A program made the position numbers and the translations under genes. Shown in pieces: positions 36,110 to 49,595 of a DNA stretch of 64,000 bases (within the stretch, counting starts at the first letter, position 1; each line of letters opens with the position of its first letter). The stretch covers positions 183,334,001-183,398,000 of the forward strand of contig OZ024743.1 in assembly GCA_964016885.1 (NCBI GenBank), given 5' to 3'. Source of the stretch: Eledone cirrhosa. Taxonomy: Eukaryota. A model generated the notes under the pieces. It was not told the DNA's origin and ran no database searches. It was given only the letters and a program-made list of their open reading frames with translations.

Positions 36110-36235
36110 TATCTTCACTGACGGCTCGCCTAACCCAGGTAACTGGTGATACTCGTGAGGGTGCTTGGCTGTTCCAGCGCATTAGCCTCGCCATCACCCG
36201 AGGTAATGCTACCAACGTGCTGACTTGCCTCAAAA
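36110..36235 (+). mobile_element. CRE-like element C-terminal fragment
   Basis: Translates RLTQVTGDTREGAWLFQRISLAITRGNA, the typical FQRISxAIQRGNA end. Confidence 0.7.
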
Positions 36236-37148
36236 AATATTAGAGAGGTTACCCAGTGCTCCTCGTGATATTGTTATCTTTTGTTCTGGCAGCGGCTCGT
36301 TTGTCCACCCCTTTCGCCTGCCTTTTATTGCATGTGGTCCTAGATGTATGTATTGCCTGCTGGTGTTTTTTCTTTCTTTTTTTCAATTATTTGTATTATT
36401 ATTTATATACAAAATTATATTCTTTCCGTAAATTCGAAGTTCTTTTAAAATAAAGTTTGCCAAGACTGTTACATAAGTTATCTCCCCTGAATTTTACTTT
36501 TTGAAGCATCCACACGCACACATATACTCATATACAGACATATATATACACATAGTGAATGTGTATATGAGTATGTGTGTCTGTCACTTTCACAAACTTC
36601 AAGACCCTGTCGAAATATGATTAAGAACAATTTATATTCAAGCAACGTTACCATAAGATGAAAACTCAGGTTTAAAGGTTCTCAAACTTGTTATTATTTG
36701 ATCGGTAAATGTATTTATTTATGTAAATAGGGAGTTGACAGAGCCATTTGAATGTCGGCTAGAATATTTTGCGGTATTCGTTTCGGTTCTCTCCGCTCTG
36801 TGAGTTCAACTTCGTCTTTTATCCTTTCGAGGTCTAGAACTTCTCTGGGAGAAATCTGGTGTGTTTAAAAATCTAAGAAACACTCGTATGTCTCTACAGT
36901 CTACAGTGCCCCTGTGACTCCACCAACAATTGAAAGTCCATATATATACAGTATGTAGTGACCAACGGTATAAATATATTTTTTACAACTAGTACAACTG
37001 CTCTAAAATTGACTTCGTTAATCATTGATCTACATGTAGTACTGCTACTGTTATGTTATAAGATGCTATATATCTCTCTCTCTCTCTATATATATAAATA
37101 TATATATACTATATAGCTATGTTCCTCTCTTATATATACACTATATAG

Positions 37149-37187
<39 letters not shown>

Positions 37188-37550
37188 TATATATATACAC
37201 TATACAGTTATGTCTCTCTCCCCCTCTCTCTCTATATATATACTACTAGCAGAGGTACCCGGCGCAGTCATGTATAACATTCACGTCAATACTTCAGTGC
37301 TGCTTCGAAAACTATACTTGTACAAAATCATCGGCTTTTTCCCAAAATGGGTTCCTGCCTTCAGGGGTCCCCAACTCAATATGTGCCAATTCTGAGTGTT
37401 CAAATTCATCTGTAGAACACACGTAGCCCATGTGCCAAGTTTGGTGAAAATCGGTTGCAAACTCCAGAAGTTATATGCTCAGATCAAGAGTGTGTTGTTA
37501 GTCCTCTAAGGAACTGAAAGCATATGATTTAGAATATATATATATATATA

Positions 37551-39622
37551 TATAGCAAAATACTAGTGTGTATAAATGTAACAAGGAGAAGTGGTTTGTG
37601 TGTATAATATTTAATCAACAATTTGTGGATATATATAGAACAGTATAGTTGACATGTCAATGAATAGATGAAAGAATGAAGCAAAGTTATTAGTTACCGT
37701 TTTGGTTGCCTGGCAGAAGACGCCTGGTCTTCACCAGGCGCCGGAAGGGCAAATGAGAGAGAGAGAACTTAAAGTTGTTAGTTTTATAGGGTTCTGACCG
37801 GAAGTTACAGAAATGGTTCTACTTCCTGTCTAAAGAGCGTTAATCTATTGGGGTTGTGAGTGTCACAATAAGGGAGGCAACTCCTGCTACATTACTTCCC
37901 GCCAGATTTTTAGAATATAAAAATCGAATGAAATATGTATGTAGCAAGTTGGCGAGAATGTTGTAACAGGCATGAAAATGACAAAAAAAAAATAATGTTT
38001 GCAAAAATCAATGATAGATATCAAGGTAGCCAACCGCTCTTGGCCAGAGAACGACTGGACATCTATCTATCCATCACCCAAAGATACAATGTAATAAAGT
38101 AAGAGAAGAGCTCAAAGTTCAAATGTACAACATATGGTTCACAGGTGTGCAATCACATGACAGCAGGAAAGAAAGTGTGTTCCAGAGAATGAATGCAGGT
38201 GGCTTCTGTTCTGTGCTATATCGTGAAATTTCTAACCTCCGAATGGATTTTCTCACAGGAAGAGTGCTGCAAAAATAAATTCTCTAGCTTGTTCTGCTGG
38301 TTTTGGTTGTTGATGAAGCTGTGTTGATGTTGTTGTCTCGCGGAGTGAGCGTATTCGATGTTTAAATTCACAGTAAAGAAAATATTTTTCAGAAAAAATG
38401 AGTTTCGCAAAGTGCTAGAAATAACAGCCGAAGTTGATGGTCGATGTTGAGAATGCGTTGACCTGGAAGGGTCAAGAGGCCAGCGACCAAAGAAATAAGC
38501 ATTCTGAATAAATGCGCAGTTTTCAACGGCAAATTTACGTGGTAAATTTTTAAACCGGCAAATAGGAGAATATAGCTTGAGGCTGGAGAATCCTTGGCGA
38601 GAAACGTTATCCCTGGCGTGCGGCTATCTCTGTGAGTCGAGATATCTCCGTGAATCGAGAATCCTACACGTGCCAAAACAAGGCTAAGTTGAAAAAATAA
38701 TATTTCTAACGCGCGAGAAAATGGCGCGAAAATGAAAATGCAACAGGTCGTTGGCAGCCATTTTGAAAAAATGTGTGTGTGAAAGTGACAATGATGAAAA
38801 AGAAAGAAAGGCTTCACTTAGCATAACAAATATGGCGAGTTCAATTTGTTTTTTTTTCATTTTTGGTGTGAACTTTGAAAAAAACTTGATCGATGAAGAA
38901 AACGATGAAAAAAAAGGCAATGGTTGAGGTTCATCGAAAATAAATGTTCCTGTTGAAATGTAATAAAAAAATAAAATTTCTTTTTTTTTGTTGTTGTTTT
39001 TAAAGTGTTCGTTGTAAGAAACGAGAAACATATATATATATATCGTGAAATGCGACAGTTAGTTGATGCGTGAGAGAAAAAGTCTGTCTGACGCGAATTT
39101 CACCTGTGCGTGGTGTGTTCGTTTCTTGGTTGCGTATTTTCATAGTTTGTCAATAAAATTTTGCTGTGTATTCGTAATGTTACTCACACAGCACCAGATT
39201 CTGCTATTTTTTTCTTTTTTCGGGGTCACCACTTATAACAATGAACGGCTGCGTGTTCGTATCACGTCGGGGGTCACCAATTATAACAAAATACTGGTGT
39301 GTATGAATGTAACAAAGACGATTTGTTTGTGTGTATAATATTTAATCAACAATTTGTGGATATATATAGAACAGTATAGTTGACATGTCAATGAATAGAT
39401 GAAAGAATGAAGCAAAGTTATTAGTTACCGTTTTGGTTGCCTGGCAGAAGACGCCTGGTCTTCGCCAGGCGTCGGAAGGGCAAATGAGAGAGAGAGAACT
39501 TAAAGTTGTTAGTTTTATAGGGTTCTGACCGGAAGTTACAGAAAGGGTTCTACTTCCTGTCTAAAGAGCGTTAATCTATTGGGGTTGTGAGTGTCACAAC
39601 AAGGGAGGCAACTCCTGCTACA
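37551..39622 (-). mobile_element. Non-autonomous LTR retrotransposon (Gypsy-like cis signals)
   Basis: About 341-bp near-identical direct repeats at 37551-37891 and 39282-39622; termini TGTAGCA...TG(C/T)TATA on the - strand; PBS TGGTGACCCCCGACGTGAT at 39261-39279; purine-rich CTGGCGGGAAGTAA before the 3' LTR; flanked by (TA)n; no gag/pol recognised. Confidence 0.9.
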
Positions 39623-39709
39623 TATATATCAAAGTTATATATTGAGTTAGAAACTCAAAGTAGTCTCTTACAATAAAATAGCTCTAGGAAAGAGAATTTT
39701 TCCGAGCCG

Positions 39710-39868
39710 TATATTATAATTGAATATAAAAGAAAAACGAACACAGACATATACATATATGTGTTCATATCGCAAGGGATTCACCTTAGCGAATCTGGTC
39801 CCTTGCGATTTGAACACATATATGTATATGTCTGTGTTCGTTTTTCTTTTATATTCAATTATAATATA
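39710..39868. repeat. Long palindrome (70-nt arms)
   Basis: 39710-39779 is the reverse complement of 39799-39868 with one mismatch. Confidence 0.92.
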
Positions 39869-40950
39869 TATAAGAACAGATTAAAGTTTAAGCAAAGAAT
39901 CGCTGCTGTCACCCTTAACAGGATCTTCTGAAACTAAAAAAAAAAAAACAATCTGTGGACGCAGAAGTAAATATTTCGAAAAACGTTTCAACCGAAGGAA
40001 AACAGGAAGACGATACTTTGGTTCATGAAGACGTTCCCAAGCAAATGGAAAAAAGGCGAGGATAATTACGGCCTTATGTGGAGCGATGAGAACGATTTTT
40101 TGCAAAGACAAAAACACGTTCATGGTATAAACGGAGTCGTTAGACTAATATTCTATTTAGAATAACCGAATGATTCTCTGCTCCGGATTTTAAGAATAAG
40201 AATAATGTAAATAAAGTTGTTAAACGGACATGACAGAGGTTATTAAAATAGTACGTATATACATATACACATGCATACGCACACCATACATACATATATA
40301 TATATAGAAGCGTGTGCGGACATTGTAACTTCCCCGAACACACACACATAGTCACAGTACGTCTTGTGTGAAAGAGAGAGACGTACTTTGTAAAGAATAA
40401 ATAAATTAAAGTTAAAGTTATTGAACGCTGTTATCATTTTCTCCCCTCCCCAATACCCCTCTCTCTTTCTTTCTTTCTCAACCCCCTCTCTCTTTCTCTA
40501 CAGAATGGAGAACAATCAAGAACACGCATATCTCTCTCTCTGTCTTTACATATATATATGTGTGTGTGTAAACCAGCGTTTGGCGCCACTCTCTCTCTCT
40601 ATCTGAATATCTTGTACCTCTCTCTGTAAAATGGCCTATCTCACTCTCTTTAGATGTATATGTGTGTGTGTGTGTGTAGTTTTCGTGCAACCAACCAATA
40701 TTTATCTAGGGGCTGCATTAGACAAAAAACTTGAACATTTTATGAGTCCAAAACATTCTTTTGAACATAACGTATGTTTGTTCCAAATTTGAAGAAAATC
40801 AGTTGCAAACTGTAGAAGTTATGTGGGTACGGAATACACACACACATCCTCAGTTTTATATAGATATAGCTGTCTCTCTCTCTAAATATATATACACTAT
40901 ATAACCATGTCTCTATATTTATATATCTAAATAAAGAAACATATTTATAT

Positions 40951-41206
40951 ATCTAAAACAGAGAATGTCTGTCTGTCTGACTCCCTAAAACTCGAGAACC
41001 ACCCAACCGATTGTTTTCAAACTTTACACGTGTAATACTTATGGTCCTGTGAGTGTTTTCAGCAAAGAATATTTCAAATTTTCAATGCCCCAGGGACCGC
41101 ATTAGGCGATCTCTTTCTATAATCCTTAGTCTTTCTTTTTAGATAGATACATAGATATAACGTTGCGCCCTTATATCTGTCTGCATTACGACATTATGAT
41201 GCTATA

Positions 41207-41240
<34 letters not shown>

Positions 41241-41504
41241 GTGTGTAACGTTTTTTGAAATATTTACTTCTGCGTTCACAGATTGATTTTTTTAGTTTCA
41301 GAAGATCCTGTTATGGGTGAAAGCAGCGATTCTTTGCTTAAACTTTTATCTGTTATTTTAATATATATATATATAATTATATATTCGTGTACAGATATTT
41401 TTGCATACACAATAACAAAATATAAACAAACATATTTATTTTACAAGATTCAATAAGGATAAATATATAAGAACCCTAGAGCAAATCCCGAGCCATTCTG
41501 CTAG
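40951..41504 (+). mobile_element. Non-autonomous Helitron-like element
   Basis: atCTAAAAC...(ctgt)n...caaccgattgttttcaaacttt start; ends ctgCTAG|t; internal segment 41247-41358 is the inverted counterpart of 39875-39988. Confidence 0.55.
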
Positions 41505-44500
41505 TATACACAATCTCTCTCTATATATATATATACACTATATAGCTATGTTTCTCTATATAGCCATGTCTCTCTCTATATATATACACTATATAGCCAT
41601 GTCTCTCTCTCTATATATATACACTATATAGCTATATCTCTCTCTATATATTAACTATACCTTCTTTCTATATGATGTTCATGGACTATTGGTGTTCATG
41701 TCCCCTTTCATCCCCTTAGCAGGGAAGGAGTCAATATATTATTAAGTTAACTCTGTTCCTCCTCTTCTGACATTTTATATAAAATAATATTTTTAAAGAC
41801 ATAATTGAGGAATGTCTGTGTTGTTCTTGAGATTCTGTATTGACTGACATTTCTAGGGTCTCTATTGAAACCTCCGGGTTTCTTGGTCCCTGTAAAGAGG
41901 AAAATAGTTAATTATCAGAGCCTGACCGACGTCTTCCTCTTTGTAGCATCTCTATTGAGACCTCTGCATTTCTGATTTCCTCTGAAAATCAGGACAGGTG
42001 GCCCTCTTGAGGAGGTAGCCCTGTAAGGTGGGATGGTTGTTACAGTAGGTGTCTCTGGTCATTTTCTGCAGTAATGCTGTTGTCATTTTGTCCATGGGAC
42101 GTTGCTAAGGCACTGCTTAGACTGGGATGTTGCTGCCCCCCCCCCCCCCCCCCCTTCACTGCTTGATTCTTTTTTCTTCCTTATTTCAGTGTAGAATCTC
42201 AGGTAAAGTGAAAGCAAAAGTTGAGATGACCCGAGGACAAGATTATCTCTTCTATTCCACTTACTAATTAGTATTTTGTAAAAGATGGAAGCTGGTTTCT
42301 CACAAGAAATTAAGTAGACAATTATCTCACCTTCTACTTAAATGTCTTAAGCTCACCTGAACAAAGAAGGATTAATTAAAATAAACCTAATCTTCCAGAT
42401 GTAAATCCAAATAAGAAATCTTAGGTAGAAACTAGTAAAGTTTTCATTTACTTATTTTTAGAAAAGTTTCTTTTTATATCAAAATGATAATAATATATTT
42501 GTAAATTGTCTCTGTTGTTTTCAGCACACAGGTTGGCTGAATTGTTAAGAAGTTCACCTAGCAATCATTGGGTCCTGGGTTCAAGCCCCAAGGTGAGCTA
42601 TGCCTTGTGATTGAAATTTGGTAGATGGAGACTGTTTGGAAGCCTGTTTGGTAGATGGAGACTGTTTGGAAGCCTGTATCTGTAATTCAAAGGACCACTC
42701 TTGCCACACACTGTGTTATGCTGAATCTCCCTGAGAATAATGTTAACAGTACACATGTCTGGAATACTCAGCCACTTCTACTATAATACAAGATAGACTG
42801 TACCTGTAATTCAATGTACCAGCCATGTCACACAGTGTCATGCTGAATCATCATCATTTTACGTCCATTGTTCCACGTTAGCATGGGTTAGACGGGTTGT
42901 CCTTTTGTGGGCAATACCAGGTCAGGTGACCATGTCATGCTCCTACATAACTGATGTTGGCTTGATTTCTACAGCTGGATGCCCTTCCTAACACCAACCT
43001 CATTTACAATGAGTAAGTACTGGGTGCTTTTTACCGTTGCATATACACAACCACTTTACAGTGGACTGGGTGCTTTTTGTCCTGACACCTACACAACCAC
43101 TTAACAGTGGGAGGGGTGGATGGGGGCATACTGTCTATATGCTTCAGCTTGTACCCGTGGGAGAGAATTATTTTAAGGGCACACATATCTGTGGAATACT
43201 CAGCTACCAACATGTTAATAGCATGAGTAGGCTGTTCCATTTATTGAACAACTGGAATAGTCACCGTAGAAAGTAAGAGAGGTCCATTCCACTTTCCTTG
43301 TTCCCAACATCAAGATACAAACAACCAATTCTTCTCTTCTTATATAAACACAGTTTAAGAAAAATCTGCTAAAAACATGTGTGCATGCACTCAACATGAC
43401 CAATTTGTTTATATTAAATAATATACTTCCTTGTTAATAATACACTTCCCATTTCATACAAAACTTAAATATATATTGAAAATATATTTATAAAAAAACG
43501 TACATACTGGGTAGTTTTAAGTTGAACCAGTGTTATACTGTATTCTACAGTGTAGTGTAGGATATAATGTATTGGGCATTGTTTAACACAACCACCTGGC
43601 CCTTGGGTACCTTTAACAGAGTGTCTGGGTGGTAGACTTAGTTTGTTGTGCAGTTTAACACCAATCTAATTATTAACTACAACAATAATAATAATATTGA
43701 TATTTGAATTGGTTTGAGGTATTTTTTTAAAAACGTCATAAAATTAAAAAAATTATTTAAAAGCCAAACAATGTGTATGATAAAAGATGTAAAACATAGG
43801 TTTTATTCAAAATTTTCAGTTTTAATCGACCCGAGTCATAAAACGGGAACTTCCAATAAATCAGCGAAAAATGCCAGAAATTAGTTTTGTTCTTGATTTA
43901 AGTTATCACAAGGCTACAAATTTATACAAGAAGCAGAGTATTTATTTCAATCTTTTCCCCAGTATATTACTGTTAATTATAAGCATTGGATTTACAACAG
44001 GTAGATAATATCGGCAATGAAAAGACCAATGGAAACATTGTTTCTTTGGTCTGATTTGACCAGTTCCACCTAACTCGCTAAGAGAATGAGGTCGGATCTT
44101 GTCATAATCTGGAAAGACCAATGGAAACATTGTTTCCTTGATTTGATTTGACCAGTTCCACCCCATTCAGTAAGAGGTCTGGGATCATGTCGATCGTTAA
44201 TAAATAAATAAGCATTGAAGAAATGAATGGCACAAAATTTGACAGGATTTAAACTATGACAAAATGTAACGATGGAGAGTTTTGGTGATGGACTGACTGA
44301 CAATCAAACTACGGCCAGGTGGTTAAAGAGTTCATTTCATAACCTTGTAGTTTAGTGTCACTGTAGCACCTTAGGCAAGTATTTCTACTCTAGCCTCAGG
44401 TTAACCAATATAGTTGTGTGTGAGTTTTAATAAACAGAAATTACAGGCAGAAACCTGTTGTATACACACACCACACACACAAATATGTGTGTGTTTGTAC

Positions 44501-45332
44501 ATACATTCCCACACTACAGTGTCCATATTATCGTGACACGAGCAATAGGAAGTTTCTCATGACTTTAATACAGCTGAAGATCCTCCTATCACCAACCAGG
44601 TTGTTGGTCATTAAATAATCATGATGGCTAAGATATTAAGGTGCCAAGCTACTGTGAAAAGTGGCAACAGTGAATATCTTGTCACTGGTGTGCTGTACCA
44701 ATCAACCCAAAAGTACTTAACATTTAACCCTTTCATTACCATATTTCTAATGAAAGACACTGTCTATGTCGTTAACCCTTTTGTTACGATATTTCTAATG
44801 AAAGACATTGTCTTTAACCCTTTCATTTCCATATTTCTAATGAAAGATACTGCTTATGATTTTCAAATAATTTTGAAAAAGATCAAGAATTTGGAGGGAT
44901 TTATTAAGGTGGTTTTTGGAACAAAGGTTTTTAGATAAATATAACCATGTGTATCCTGTTTAGAATAAGTAATACACCACATCCCTGTGTGTCATAACAA
45001 GTAACTAAAAAGGTTGGTGTCAGAAAGAGGACAGTAAAGTATTGCCACAAAAAATCCCTTCCAACTGATACAAGCATGGAAAAGCTGACATTTGACATGA
45101 TGATGATGATAAATAGTTTTGTATCATAGAAGCAGGGTTTAGCTATGGGTGGCTTGGTCATGAAAAGGTTGAGAAACTGGTCCCATTTAGTTGTAAAAAT
45201 ATATCACAAGGAAGAGGCACAACATTACGATCAACAACAGGTGTGGGGTAGGCTCAGCAGTTTGTGATTATGAAGTAATGAGTTCAAATCCATGATACTA
45301 GAGAAAAACAGGTAAGGAATAGGTAGAAATGG

Positions 45333-45785
45333 CTGTAATTATGTAGTAATTAGTGACAGGTTGGTAGATGTATAAAGACACCTGTAATTAGTGACAAGCA
45401 GGTAGATGTATAAAGACACACCTGTAATTAGTGACAGGTTGGTAGATATATAAGGACACATCTATAATTAGTGACAAGCTGGTAGATATATATAAGGACA
45501 CACCTGTAATTAATGATAAGCTGGTAGATATATAAAGACACCTGTAATTTGTGACAGGTTGGTAGATATATAAGGACACCTGTAATTTGTGACAGGTTGG
45601 TAGATATATAAGGACACACCTGTAATTTGTGACAGGTTGGTAGATATATAAGGACACACCTGTAATTTGTGACAGGTTGGTAGATATATAAGGACACACC
45701 GGTAATTAGTGACAAGCAGGTAGATATATAAAGACACACCTGTAATTAGTGACAAGCAGGTAGATATATAAAGACACACCTGTAA
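45333..45785. repeat. About 40-bp minisatellite
   Basis: cacctgtaatt(a/t)gtgacaggttggtagatatataaggaca repeated. Confidence 0.92.
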
Positions 45786-46239
45786 ACTGGAATACCTTGT
45801 AACATTGTCATTGTAAATTATTAATTAAGTAAAAGTAAATATAATGTTATTTCTCAGAGAGATTCAGCATGACACAGATTGTGACAAGGTTAGTATTGTG
45901 AATTACAGGTACAACTCATTCATACCAGCCAAGTAAACAAGAGCAATGTGAAATAAAGTGTCTTGCTCAAGGACACAATGTACCACTAAGAATAGAAATC
46001 ATGACCATATGATTCTGATTCAAATACCCAAACCACTAAGCAACACTTCTTCACATATATCATCATCATCATCATCTATACACACACCTTACAGGGTGAA
46101 CTGAGTACTTTTTATTGACACCAGCTCTACCACCTTACAGGGTGGACTGGGTGTATTTTATTGTGGCACCAGTACTAGCATCTTACAAGGTGGACTAGGT
46201 ACTTTTTATTGTGACACCAGCACAACCTTATTACATTAA

Positions 46240-46740
46240 TCAATACAATGTAAAATGTGGGTGCACAAGAGATGCACTGGGATTACAGCAAGCTGACAAA
46301 GGAAGATTTTGTAGGGAGCAGATGCACAGGAGTAGGAAGTAGTAAGATCACCCATCAAATATATTTCCTGAAATGTTCAGAAGGTTCCCTCGAAGTAGTT
46401 GATAACTTCTGTTACCAAGGTAATCTAATCAACAGTGCAGGAGGGTACTTTGAAAGCTGTGGCGAGAGTAAGAATGAAGTGAAAAGAGTTAAAGGAACTA
46501 TTACTTCTCTGTTGGCAATAAAGGAAATCTCTCTCTGAGTAAAGGGCGGAGTGAATGATGCTTGTATTGAAAGTGCCATGTAGCAAAACATGGGCCTTGA
46601 ATGTAGTGGACATGTCTAAGCTAGAAAAAAATGAAGTGAACATGCTCCACTGAATGTATAATTTTAGTTTGTATGAGCAGCTTAACAGAAGTGAACTGAG
46701 AGAAAGAGTGGGTATAAAATGAACCAGAGGTAACACTCAT
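46240..46740 (+). mobile_element. Highly degenerate RTE fragment
   Basis: WVHKRC and EGSLEVVDNFCYQG resemble the RTE at 11949-14280. Confidence 0.7.
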
Positions 46741-47112
46741 AAGAGAAAGACTGGGTTTCAGGTGAAACAGAGGTAACATTCATGAGAGAAATACTGGGTA
46801 TAAGATGAACTAGGGGTAAGACTCATAAGAGAAGGTGTGGCTTGTGTTGGGAGAGACATGGGTCATAGTAGAAGCTGCTACCACTGCCACCACTTCTACT
46901 ACAAGACCAATTTCACATCTAAAGTAGGAATCATCATTGTAAGGGACCCCAAGTCAACCTTCATATTTATGATAGGAAGGAAATGACAAAACAAGCAGTG
47001 ACTGTGTTGGAGAGAAGATATCAAACAAGCAAGAAAAGTGGATGTAAAATAATAATAATCACAATAAGATAAAAATAAAAAAGTGATAAAAAAATTTGAA
47101 AGTTGAAGAATG

Positions 47113-47576
47113 AAACACAGCTCTGAGATACTTGAACTTCTTCACCTGCTTCAGTGGAACTCCATTTACATGTAGAGGGTACTGTGCAGGCTTCCTTGAG
47201 AGGACAAATGTCTCAGTCTTCGTAGCACTGATTTTCATCCTAGCCATGCAGCACTTGGCATCAAACCTATCAAGTGCAAGTCAAAGAGCAGAGATTTGCC
47301 CCTTCTCCAAATTGAGAGATCACAGCACTGATACTACAGACTTGTGGTTAGAATGTCTCAGGAAAAAAATCACTAGACAGATTTTACAGGCAAAACCAAC
47401 TGACAGGAGACCCAGAGCAAGATGATTGGATAACATCTATGAACTTGATTGGTCAAGCTTGGGGATCCAGCCAGATCAGTTGGAGACAGTTGCTTCTGAC
47501 AGGACCCACTGGAAGGAGTGTTTGAGGACTCTGCCCCCATGATCCTCTCAAGAATAAGTGGGAGAAGAAGAAGAAG

Positions 47577-47607
<31 letters not shown>

Positions 47608-47647
47608 GGAAGAAGAAGAAGAAGAAGAAGAAGAAGAAGAAGAAGAA
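47113..47647. mobile_element. RTE-like LINE with 5' inversion and expanded (GAA)n tail
   Basis: 47113-47290 is the upstream part on the - strand; about 47297-47560 is the 3' end on the + strand; (GAA)n at 47563-47647. Confidence 0.8.
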
Positions 47648-47957
47648 TGAAACATTTGAAACAAAGAGGAAAGTTGTGAAAAAATAGATAATTATGAAGC
47701 CAAAAAAAAAACCAAACAAATATGTTTTTTAATGAAAAATATTTGGTGTTTCGAATCATGTACAATGATGGAAATGAAGACTGTGTTTAACGATGGTAAG
47801 CTTCTGTTGGACGAAGTCTATAAGAAATCTGATTTACATTACAGTTGTAACAATTTTGTTTTACTCAAACTTCACTCCCTGCGAATTCTGGCCGTTGTCA
47901 GTAGTTTGGGGAGAGAGTTGGTCTCTGTTGTGCTGACATTACTCCAACTTGACATAC

Positions 47958-48006
<49 letters not shown>

Positions 48007-48156
48007 AAGAGATAGTCCTCAGTGGCATAAGGGAGAGATGGGGGTCTCTGTTGTACCGACATTAACACAACTTCACACCTTTATACATAGAGACAGTCTT
48101 CAGTGGCATAAGAGAGAGATGGTCCCTGTTGTGTTGACATTACTCCAACTTGATAC

Positions 48157-48190
<34 letters not shown>

Positions 48191-48623
48191 GGAGAGAGAG
48201 AGAGATATAGAGAGAAAAAGATGGGGGTCTGTTCTGCTGACATTAACACAACTTCACACACCTTTATACATATAGACAGTCTTCAGTAACACACCAATAA
48301 CAACCATGAAATATTTTCATTTTATATCCAAGGCAATTTTTCTCTTTAGACTGATTCAGGTAAAATACAAATACTAATAATTGAATGGCAATAATTTGGC
48401 CGCCACTGCTGACCCACCAGTGAGAGGGTATCACGACTGAAGGTCGAAACACCCAATGAGCGTTAGACACTGATGACATGAATGCCTCCTGGCCAAGGCT
48501 ATGTTCACCAAAATGAAAAGATAAAATGAAATAATGGTAATTTAAGATGAAGTAACTAAACAGAAAATAGAGTCAGGAACAATTTCTCTGCCTGGAAACT
48601 CTGGTGAGTTGAGAATGTAAATA

Positions 48624-48716
48624 TTAAAATTCTGGTGTGTTTCCCTCATTTTCAATATGATAGATAATATCAGCCAAAGAATACTCCACCATAGCTTCAC
48701 TAGCTGCCTTTGACAT
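48624..48716 (-). CDS. ASH2L: ASH2L last coding exon (SDI / DPY30-binding helix) with stop codon
   Basis: cttctgtttcag|; MSKAASEAMVEYSLADIIYHIENEGNTPEF* (compare VEHTLADVLYHVE). Confidence 0.93.
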   Translation of the reverse strand: MSKAASEAMVEYSLADIIYHIENEGNTPEF

Positions 48717-48744
48717 CTGAAACAGAAGAGGAGACAATATTCAT

Positions 48745-49595
48745 GATAATAATAATGATTTCTTTATTGGCCACAAGAGCTGACATCAAGAAAAACATTA
48801 CAGACGGCACAGGACGGTACGATGTGGGTTTTGTGCGTGTAAAGATTTTTATTATTTATATAAGAAACGAAAAAGAAAAAAAAAGACATAGAAACAAATA
48901 TATATATAAACAATAAAAATGAAAATTGAAACAATGAAAAATTCCCCAATAGGGGGAAACCTCCAAGGGTTACTCGTGGCGAAAACCACACAAAAGACCA
49001 CGGCCACCCTGACCACCTGGGCAAGCGCCCTCTCTCAATTTTTCCATCTCTCAAACTACAGACGTATATTCAGAGCGGTCCTGATCACTCAGACCATTCT
49101 CGCTACCCATCGTTCAACAAACTTGCTAGAAGACAGCACTTGCCTCTCCACCCTGATTTTCCTCTTCAAGTGAAACTTGAAAAAGTTAATCAGGGATTCG
49201 CCGAAGAGGAAAGTGTCTGTCTTTAACCCTTTCAACCTTGTCCACCACACAATCTCTTTCGCCATGGCCACCAGGCAGATGAAAACCGCCTGCCCTTCCT
49301 CCTCGAAGGAAGACGGCGAGACCATCTGCACTATGTACTGTCGATAACCCGATCGGTACTACACGCGACAGCAACTGTTCGACATAGCTCCACAAGTTAG
49401 CAATGCCTGGGCACTGAACGAGTGCGTGCACGACGGTTTCGTCGCTTTGCGCGCATCTTGGACAGGCTTGGCTGACGGCACTTCCGTGCCTGTAGAGCTT
49501 ATCTCAAATCGGCAACGCTCCCCGGTAGCACTGCCAGGCCAGGGATTTCTGGAAGTTATCCATAGGCCCTGGGCTGAAAGTTCTCCGGAAGAGAG
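48745..49595 (-). mobile_element. L1/Tx1-like LINE 3' fragment in the last ASH2L intron
   Basis: C..C.QSDETVVHALVQC zinc knuckle, AKEIVWWTR, 3' UTR with AATAAA and (ATT)n. Confidence 0.75.

Noticed and set aside
38216-39031. ORFs inside the LTR element as gag or env
   Set aside because: No CCHC, protease, RT or integrase motifs; low-complexity translations
39875-41358. About 115-bp inverted repeats as TIRs of a 1.5-kb DNA transposon
   Set aside because: Better explained as a shared internal segment of two oppositely oriented Helitron-like elements; no TSD seen
47373-48289. Poly-Leu/Phe ORFs and a 185-aa ORF
   Set aside because: Derived from (GAA)n, (TA)n/(GA)n and local duplications
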